Assembly (NCBI GenBank): GCA_013388605.1
Contig: JACAEY010000087.1
Location: forward strand, 1-43,299
DNA length: 43,299 bases
Direction: 5' to 3'
From: Nitrospirota bacterium
Lineage (GTDB): Bacteria; Nitrospirota; Thermodesulfovibrionia; Thermodesulfovibrionales; SM23-35
In this document: piece by piece, positions 37,261-43,299 of the stretch
Layout of the letters: each line of letters begins with the position of its first letter
How positions within the stretch are numbered: position 1 is the stretch's first letter
The notes under the pieces: generated by a model
Databases searched by the model: none
Told to the model about the DNA's origin: nothing
The model's input: the letters and a program-made list of their open reading frames with translations, nothing else
Translations under genes and position numbers: made by a program

Positions 37261-37464
37261 CTACTTACCTGCTGGTTTCTCCGGTGCTGGCGCTGGCTGT
37301 TCTGGCGCTGGCGCTGGTTCTGGTGCTGGCGCTGGTGCTGGCGCTGGTTCTGGTGCTGGCGCTGGTGCCTCTGCTGGTTTCTCAGCCTTTTTACAGCCAC
37401 TGACGCCTAATGAGAAAGATACAAGCAGCAACAGTGACAATATTAATACTAAAATCTTCTTCAT
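37261..37464 (-). CDS. Small lipoprotein with Pro-Ala-rich low-complexity mature region
   Basis: MKKILVLILSLLLLVSFSLGVSGC is a signal peptide plus lipobox. The mature region is KKAEKPAEAPAPAPEPAPAPAPAPEPAPAPEQPAPAPEKPAGK. GGAGG lies 9 nt upstream of the ATG. Confidence 0.75.
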   Translation of the reverse strand: MKKILVLILSLLLLVSFSLGVSGCKKAEKPAEAPAPAPEPAPAPAPAPEPAPAPEQPAPAPEKPAGK

Positions 37465-37650
37465 GAACTGTCACCTCCTTTCAAAAAAATTCCTATGAAT
37501 CTTAAGTCCTCATTATAGCATAAGGCTGCTCAATTTTATATCCGACCCTTTGAAAAAATCAAGATATTTCTTATGTCTAAAATTTAAACATAAAAAATGC
37601 CTAATGATAGGAAAAAGAAAAAAAGTAAAGGAAGCTCTTCGGCATCCAGC

Positions 37651-37675
37651 CATATTTCAAAATATCTTGGACAGC
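37651..37675. repeat. Solo or degenerate copy of the MITE right-end motif
   Basis: CATATTTCAAAATATCTTGGACAGC versus copy 2 CATATTTCAGAATATCTTGGACAGC (1 mismatch). A weak possible left end (TATGTCTAAAATTT) lies about 80 bp upstream. Confidence 0.45.
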
Positions 37676-37699
37676 TGTGATTTATAATAATAACAAAAT

Positions 37700-38656
37700 A
37701 TGTCTATTTTAGCTGCTATTGATGTTGGTTCAAATACAATAAGACTTCTTATAGGAGAAGTTAAGGAAAATAATATTAAAGATATAATATATGAAAGAAG
37801 AATCACCCGTTTAGCTGAAGGTATTGGTATTTCAGGAAAACTCCGCTCAGAAAATATGGAGAACTCTCTTTTGGTAATGAGGGAGTTTTATTCAATTATT
37901 AAAGAAAAAGGTGTTGTGACTACACGAGCAATAGCTACAAGTGCCTTAAGAGATGCTAAAAATGCAGATATATTTAAAGAAAAAGTCCTTTCTGATACGG
38001 GTATCCAAATAGAAGTTATTTCAGGTAAAAAAGAGGCAGAGCTTACTCTTAAGGGTATACTTTTTTCTTTCTCTAATTTATCTATTTTATCTATGGTATC
38101 ACATCTTTCTCTTATTTTTGATATTGGTGGCGGAAGTACAGAGTGGATAGTATGTAAAGATATGCATCCCTTAGGTATGGGAAGCATTCCTGTTGGAGTT
38201 ATAAAACTTTGTGAGAGATTCATCAAATCTGATCCTGTTTTACAGCATGAGATCTCAGAAATGGAAAAGGAAATTCTTTCACACCTAAAAAAAGTAGAAG
38301 AGAAGATAAGAGATTATATGGTTAGTGATACAACCTTTATAGGGACTGCCGGGACTTTTACAACCATCGCTTCTATTGATTTAAGACTCGAAAAATATGA
38401 TAAAAAAAAGGTTCATTTGCATAGAATTCCCCTCAGCAGACTTTATGATATGAAGAGGATATTATTTTTCCTCACACTTGAGGAGAGGAAAAAAGTGGTT
38501 GGACTTGAGGCAGGAAGAGAAGACTTGATAATCCCCGGCTTACAATTTACAATTAATATTATGGATTTTTTTGGATTCAATGAATTAATTGTGAGTGAAT
38601 ATGGTCTGCTTGAAGGAGTGCTTCTTGAAATATCGCAGGAAGGAATTGGGAAATGA
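37700..38656 (+). CDS. Ppx/GppA-family phosphatase (two ASKHA domains only)
   Basis: 318 aa with AAIDVGSNTIRLLI, ATSALRDAKN and IFDIGGGSTE. Confidence 0.85.
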   Translation: MSILAAIDVGSNTIRLLIGEVKENNIKDIIYERRITRLAEGIGISGKLRSENMENSLLVMREFYSIIKEKGVVTTRAIATSALRDAKNADIFKEKVLSDTGIQIEVISGKKEAELTLKGILFSFSNLSILSMVSHLSLIFDIGGGSTEWIVCKDMHPLGMGSIPVGVIKLCERFIKSDPVLQHEISEMEKEILSHLKKVEEKIRDYMVSDTTFIGTAGTFTTIASIDLRLEKYDKKKVHLHRIPLSRLYDMKRILFFLTLEERKKVVGLEAGREDLIIPGLQFTINIMDFFGFNELIVSEYGLLEGVLLEISQEGIGK

Positions 38657-39393
38657 AAAAGGTATTCGAGAGACCAAAAAGCCTTAAGAATGTACCTTTC
38701 AGGTTCTGTTCAGGCTGTGGACACAGTATTATACACCGTTTAATTGCAGAATGTATTGATAAACTGGATATCAGGGAAAAAGTTATCGGAATAGCACCTG
38801 TTGGATGCGCTGTATTTGCCTATGACTACTTCGACTTCGACATTCTTGAAGCTGCCCATGGAAGACCACCTGCTGTTGCAACTGGATTAAAACGGAGCAT
38901 GGATAATAGGATTATCTTTACATATCAGGGTGATGGTGACCTTGCTGCAATAGGAACTGCTGAAATCATACATGCAGCAAACAGAGGAGAAAATATTTCG
39001 GTGTTCTTTGTCAATAACGCTACTTATGGAATGACAGGAGGACAGATGGCTCCAACAACAATTTTAGGTCAAAAGACATCAACAACACCTTTGGGAAGAG
39101 ATGCTAAAGCAGCTGGTTATCCACTACGCATTGCAGAACTTATTTCAACTATTGAGGGGGTTTCATATATTGCAAGGACATCTATTGACTCTTATAAGAA
39201 TCTAATAATAACGAAAAAGGCAATGGAGAAATCTTTAAGATATCAGATGGAGGGAAAAGGGTTCAGCCTCGTTGAGATATTATCGCCATGTCCAGTTGAC
39301 TGGGGACTCAGCCCAAGGGATTCAGTAATCTGGCTAAGAAAAGAGTTGATGTCAATATTTCCTCTCGGAACCTTTAAAGACAAATTTTCATGA
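38653..39393 (+). CDS. korB: 2-oxoacid:ferredoxin oxidoreductase beta (TPP-binding) subunit, KorB-like
   Basis: 246 aa with FCSGCGH and the TPP motif QGDGDLAAIG...NN..YGMTGGQ. An ATGA overlap joins it to the ppx-like gene. Confidence 0.85.
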   Translation: MKKVFERPKSLKNVPFRFCSGCGHSIIHRLIAECIDKLDIREKVIGIAPVGCAVFAYDYFDFDILEAAHGRPPAVATGLKRSMDNRIIFTYQGDGDLAAIGTAEIIHAANRGENISVFFVNNATYGMTGGQMAPTTILGQKTSTTPLGRDAKAAGYPLRIAELISTIEGVSYIARTSIDSYKNLIITKKAMEKSLRYQMEGKGFSLVEILSPCPVDWGLSPRDSVIWLRKELMSIFPLGTFKDKFS

Positions 39394-39521
39394 GAGAGAT
39401 TAATTTAAAAAATATTTAAATAATGTATTAGTTTTCATACACGGTCAATGGTCACAGATCATAAATTATATTCGAGCAATGTCTGCATGTATTAAAATTA
39501 ACTTTTAAAAGAGGATAATAT

Positions 39522-40076
39522 CTGGAAAAGAAGATTTTAATTGCGGGTTTTGGTGGGCAGGGTATCCTTCTTCTTGGAAAGATCCTTGCTTATGCGGGGA
39601 TGCTTGAGGATAAAGAAGTTACATGGTTTCCATCCTATGGTGGAGAGATGCGGGGAGGAACAGCAAACTGTGCGGTTATAATTTCAGATGAGTTGATTGC
39701 CTCCCCGATTGTTACAAATCCTGACATACTGATTGTTATGAATGATGCTTCATTAAAAAAATTCCAGCCACTTTTAAAACAAAAAGGTGTCCTTATATTT
39801 GATTCGTCTCTGATCAAAAAACCAGACCTAAGGAATGATGTAGAAGTCTTAGGTGTCCCTGCAACTGAGATTTCCAGTTCAATAGGTTATACAAGGTCTG
39901 CAAATATGGTATTGATCGGAGCACTTATTGCAAAGACAAGGCTTCTCAGTGAAAAATCGATTTTTGAGGCAATTGAGAGTTCAATAACATATGGGAAAAA
40001 TAGTATAGACATGAATAAGATAGCTATTATGGGTGGAAAGAGGTACTTTGAAGATAAGAAAAGCCAGGATTTCTGA
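39522..40076 (+). CDS. korG: 2-oxoacid:ferredoxin oxidoreductase gamma subunit; probable CTG start
   Basis: The homology block ILIAGFGGQGILLLGKILAYAG lies upstream of the first ATG (39600). The frame opens after TAA at 39516-39518. GAGGA (39511-39515) is followed by 6 nt and then CTG (39522). Confidence 0.75.
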   Translation: MEKKILIAGFGGQGILLLGKILAYAGMLEDKEVTWFPSYGGEMRGGTANCAVIISDELIASPIVTNPDILIVMNDASLKKFQPLLKQKGVLIFDSSLIKKPDLRNDVEVLGVPATEISSSIGYTRSANMVLIGALIAKTRLLSEKSIFEAIESSITYGKNSIDMNKIAIMGGKRYFEDKKSQDF

Positions 40077-40503
40077 TCTGAAATATATTCATAAACTTAT
40101 AAATGATTTTGCAAAGAGAGAAGAGATGCTTCCAAGACCTCTCAGTGAGCTTTATGAGAGTATGAGAGATTTCTTTGTTTGTGAGGATGATGGAAAGATA
40201 GTAGGTGTTTGTGCGCTACATATCATTTGGGAAGACCTCGCAGAGGTTCGTTCTCTTGCAGTAGATAAAGGATACCAGAAATCGGGTATTGGTAGTATAT
40301 TAGTGAAAAGGTGCCTTAGGGAGGCAAGGGAGTTGGGGTTGAAAAGGGTATTTGCACTGACATATATCCCCAATTTTTTCAAAAAAATTGGATTTATGGA
40401 TATAGAGAAATCAAGTCTTCCTCAGAAGATATGGGGTGACTGTCTACGCTGTCACAAATTTCCTGAATGTGATGAGAATGCAGTGATTATAAACCTTCAA
40501 TAA
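40033..40503 (+). CDS. GNAT N-acetyltransferase (short N-acetylglutamate-synthase-like) with C-terminal Cys motif
   Basis: IRKARISDL..I..LI, the acetyl-CoA motif YQKSGIGSILV, and C-terminal WGDCLRCHKFPECDE. The start is GTG 40033 or TTG 40048. Confidence 0.8.
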   Translation: MERGTLKIRKARISDLKYIHKLINDFAKREEMLPRPLSELYESMRDFFVCEDDGKIVGVCALHIIWEDLAEVRSLAVDKGYQKSGIGSILVKRCLREARELGLKRVFALTYIPNFFKKIGFMDIEKSSLPQKIWGDCLRCHKFPECDENAVIINLQ

Positions 40504-40515
40504 TCAAAATATGAA

Positions 40516-41082
40516 TTAATGTAGCTGCATCTTTATATATGCCTTTTCTCTGAGTTTATCAATATGATTCTTGAGTAGTTTATTAATTTCTTTTTCAGTA
40601 AGGTAATGTTCTATCTCTTCCCTTACAGCCTCAAATTCCTTACCCTGAAAATTATCCACATATTTTTTATAAAAATCTAAGACATCTTCTTCTTTTATAT
40701 GTGGTCGTATCCTGAGAGAGATATATTCCTTGAGAATCTCTTCATCTGCAGTTGCATTAAGCCGTAATTTTTTTGCTTCTCTCAGGATTAATATCCTATT
40801 GATCATTGAATTCAAAACCTCTTCTTTTGTTATTTCGGGGTTAAGCTTTATAGAATCTGAATAAACTTCATTTAATTCACTCAGGGTTATTGCAGTATCA
40901 TCAACAAAAGCAACTACATAGTCTTTTATGGCTGCATAACTTAAGGATTTGAGAGCAAAAAGAAAAAAGCACATAATAAAAAATATAGTAAATGGAGTTT
41001 TTAGTCTTGGATTTTTACCCCGGACTAATAATTGTGTATTCTTTGATCTCCGACCTTTGACGTTTGAACTTTTAAAAGGCAT
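40516..41082 (-). CDS. SurA N-terminal-domain-like periplasmic chaperone
   Basis: A TM/signal segment FTIFFIMCFFLFAL is followed by a SurA_N-like helical region (VAFVDDTAITLSELN...INRILILREAKKL). The start is uncertain (41082-41151), and all candidates overlap the bamA 3' end. Confidence 0.6.
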   Translation of the reverse strand: MPFKSSNVKGRRSKNTQLLVRGKNPRLKTPFTIFFIMCFFLFALKSLSYAAIKDYVVAFVDDTAITLSELNEVYSDSIKLNPEITKEEVLNSMINRILILREAKKLRLNATADEEILKEYISLRIRPHIKEEDVLDFYKKYVDNFQGKEFEAVREEIEHYLTEKEINKLLKNHIDKLREKAYIKMQLH

Positions 41083-43299
41083 GTCCGATACTGAAGTGAA
41101 GTTCTCCACTACTTTCACCTTTTTCTCTCTTAAGTTTATGACCATAATCAATTCTTATTGGTCCAACTGGTGTGTTATACCTTAGCCCGAGTCCTGCTGT
41201 ATATTTAAGGCTACCGAATTCTGTATCCTGAACCTTATGCCAGACATTACCACTGTCAAGAAAGGCAACAATACCAATACCTTTGCCAAGAGATGAGCGT
41301 AGTTCGAAATTGCCGAGAATAAAGGCATTACCACCTGTGGGGTTTCCATCAGAGCCCTTTGGACCGAGTGCATCCTGCTCATAACCCCTAACAGTTGATC
41401 TACCCCCGAGAAAGAACCTTTCAACGATTGGAAGCTCATCAGTTCCATGGTATCCCCATGCAAGTCCACCTCTAAGAGATAAGGCAAGAACGAGACCTTT
41501 AAATATTTGGTGATAAGTGCTTCCATGAAAAAGAAGCTTTAAAAAGTTTGTCTCAGATAATAACAAAGGAGATGTAAGTTTTAAAGATATTCCTGAAAAT
41601 ATTCCTTCTTTTGGATCAATAGGATTGTCTCTTGAGTCATAGACGAGTCCAGGTCTGATAGAGCTGATAACAAGGGTTTCTGTATCCTCCCTGCTGAGAA
41701 TTACATCGGGTTGAACATCAAAGGTATCAACATTCGAGAATTCATAATAAAGCTCTGTATTCAATCTGTCATTTAATTTTTTTTCTATGCCTGCTGTTGC
41801 TCCATACCTGGTTAATCTGTATCTTGTTTCTCTGGTATCTATATTGACTTCTTTCCTGTCTTCATAAAGCAGAAAGAACCTGAATGGAATATGTTTATTT
41901 AAAAACCATGGGTCAAGATACTGGATAATATAACGTCTATCCAGGGAACTTATTTCAAAGCGGGCTGAAGATTGTCTGTTCAAACCCCAGAAGTTCCTGT
42001 AGCTCAAATCAAGGAAACCCCGAAACCTTTCATAGTCAGCGTATCCAAAACCGAATTCTATAGCACCAGCGTTTCCTTCTTCTACATTAATTAGAACATC
42101 TTTCATGTGGTCGTATTTATTGAGCGGTTCTATTTCGATATCTTTAAAAAGCCCAAGTTTGTAAAGATGCTGTCTCTCTTTTGCAAGTAGACTATAATCA
42201 AAAGGTACGCCCTCATAATGAACTGATTCTCTTTTTATTACTTCATATCTTGTTCTGTAGTTTCCCCTGACAATAGTCTTTCCAAAATATGTTTTTCCAC
42301 CTTCCTTAATTTCAAAAGTAAGAAGCGCTTTTTCTCCTTCAAACTCTCTCCTTATAGACACAATTACATCAGAAAAACCTTGAGAATTATATAATTGGAT
42401 GACCCTATAACGTGCATCTGAAATATCGACTTCATTATATGGATCACCTGATTTTATTCCAATAACTTTTCTTAAGTCTTCCTCTGAGATAGAGAGGAGA
42501 CCTTTAATATTAATCCCTGCAATCTCTGTTTTTAGACCTTCATTTATTTTTATTTTAATATCCATTTCATTAGATTTCTCATTATATTTTGTACGGAAAT
42601 TCTTGATATTTATAGATAAATACCCAAGAGCATGATAAAATTCTTCAATGGCCTCTCTGTCTGTGTCAAGGAGATTAGGATTGTAAATATTTCCTTCTTT
42701 GAGGGACATTGCTTCTTTCAGTCTTTTTTCGGGAAGACTGATACCTTCAAAGGAAATTTTCCTTATCTTAACCTTCTTACCTTCAAAAACAAAGAGGTTT
42801 AGATTGATTAATTCATTATTTGCTGAAATTACAGGAGCTATCTGTGCAAAGGGGTATCCTTTAGCAAAATAAAGAGAAAGCATCCCGTTAACCGCTTCTT
42901 CAATAAGACTGTTATTAAAATCTTCGGCTTCGAAAAAAGGCATCTTTTTTAAAAGTTCTTTTTTTGAAATAACGCTATTGCCTTCTATGGATATTCTCAA
43001 TTGCTTATTTGGATAGAAAGAAATATTGAGAGTACTATCTTTAAATATATATGGACCTATATTGGCTTTCACATATCCATCTTTTATATATTTTGCCTTT
43101 ATTTTCTGAAGGTCTTTTTCGAGTTCTAACTTATCGTATATATCACCTTCAGATAGGCTTATATCCTTTTTAATCTCTTGAGGTCCTTCTGAAATTATTA
43201 TCTTCTTGATTCTTTCAGGTTCACCTGTCTGAATCTGTATTCGAAGGTTAACTCTGGATGGGACTTTAGTCCTTTCAATCTTCAAATTAATAAAAGAAT
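41072..43299 (-). CDS. bamA: Outer membrane protein assembly factor BamA (5' partial; frame stays open to the window edge)
   Basis: It has POTRA repeats followed by an Omp85 beta-barrel with the C-terminal motif ...ELHFSIGHAF. The track start at 43285 is a TTG and the frame is still open upstream of it. Confidence 0.9.
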   Translation of the reverse strand, partial: SFINLKIERTKVPSRVNLRIQIQTGEPERIKKIIISEGPQEIKKDISLSEGDIYDKLELEKDLQKIKAKYIKDGYVKANIGPYIFKDSTLNISFYPNKQLRISIEGNSVISKKELLKKMPFFEAEDFNNSLIEEAVNGMLSLYFAKGYPFAQIAPVISANNELINLNLFVFEGKKVKIRKISFEGISLPEKRLKEAMSLKEGNIYNPNLLDTDREAIEEFYHALGYLSINIKNFRTKYNEKSNEMDIKIKINEGLKTEIAGINIKGLLSISEEDLRKVIGIKSGDPYNEVDISDARYRVIQLYNSQGFSDVIVSIRREFEGEKALLTFEIKEGGKTYFGKTIVRGNYRTRYEVIKRESVHYEGVPFDYSLLAKERQHLYKLGLFKDIEIEPLNKYDHMKDVLINVEEGNAGAIEFGFGYADYERFRGFLDLSYRNFWGLNRQSSARFEISSLDRRYIIQYLDPWFLNKHIPFRFFLLYEDRKEVNIDTRETRYRLTRYGATAGIEKKLNDRLNTELYYEFSNVDTFDVQPDVILSREDTETLVISSIRPGLVYDSRDNPIDPKEGIFSGISLKLTSPLLLSETNFLKLLFHGSTYHQIFKGLVLALSLRGGLAWGYHGTDELPIVERFFLGGRSTVRGYEQDALGPKGSDGNPTGGNAFILGNFELRSSLGKGIGIVAFLDSGNVWHKVQDTEFGSLKYTAGLGLRYNTPVGPIRIDYGHKLKREKGESSGELHFSIGHAF

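Noticed and set aside
37122-37498. ORFs 37122-37400 (-; QRQHQNQRQ repeats) and 37202-37498 (+; GAGAGSGAG repeats)
   Set aside because: They are alternative frames of the GC-rich tandem repeat. Only the 37261-37464 minus frame has an SD, a signal peptide and a lipobox.

Overview
AT-rich (about mid-30s % GC by eye) bacterial chromosomal window with about 50 genes. Gene content suggests an anaerobic diderm: BamA/SurA-like, DsrC-like, 2-oxoacid:ferredoxin oxidoreductase subunits, B12-dependent RNR and rubrerythrin/desulforedoxin-type redox proteins. A Nitrospirota/Thermodesulfovibrio-like or similar lineage is only a guess.

Most of the window is housekeeping:
- rplU-rpmA-obg-proB.
- A long minus-strand run: lon, thiL, ilvC, psd, pssA, leuA, an nrdJ-like gene, an HMGL-family synthase, NAD-IDH-like, CBS transporter, mdh, ndk, clpC, TlpA-like, DUF4416.
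- galU and tRNA-Leu(UAA).
- nifU-like, amidase and D-aminoacylase.
- A redox/oxidative-stress neighbourhood at 26.5-31.2 kb.
- A full-length nrdJ.
- ppx-korB-korG-GNAT.
- SurA-like and bamA (5' partial).

I saw no rRNA, CRISPR array, transposase, integrase or recognisable defence genes.

The best candidate for something undescribed is at 27.1-29.6 kb. It is a radical SAM/SPASM maturase-like gene with a divergent 7-Cys internally duplicated small protein and a nitroreductase. The module is bounded by 46-bp inverted repeats that are also perfect bidirectional terminators. An unannotated 20-codon Cys/Lys-rich ORF with a textbook SD and its own terminator lies just outside it.

Other notable items:
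- A MITE-like repeat family with 9-bp target-site duplications: two complete copies plus solo ends.
- A truncated nrdJ paralog embedded in the leu operon.
- A clean junction of two gene relics (DUF255 5' end abutting an internal fbp fragment).
- A desulforedoxin-like domain fused to a polylysine tail.
- A DsrC-like protein lacking both catalytic cysteines.
- korB/korG without an adjacent alpha subunit.

All homology calls rest on motifs read from the translations. No database search was possible.
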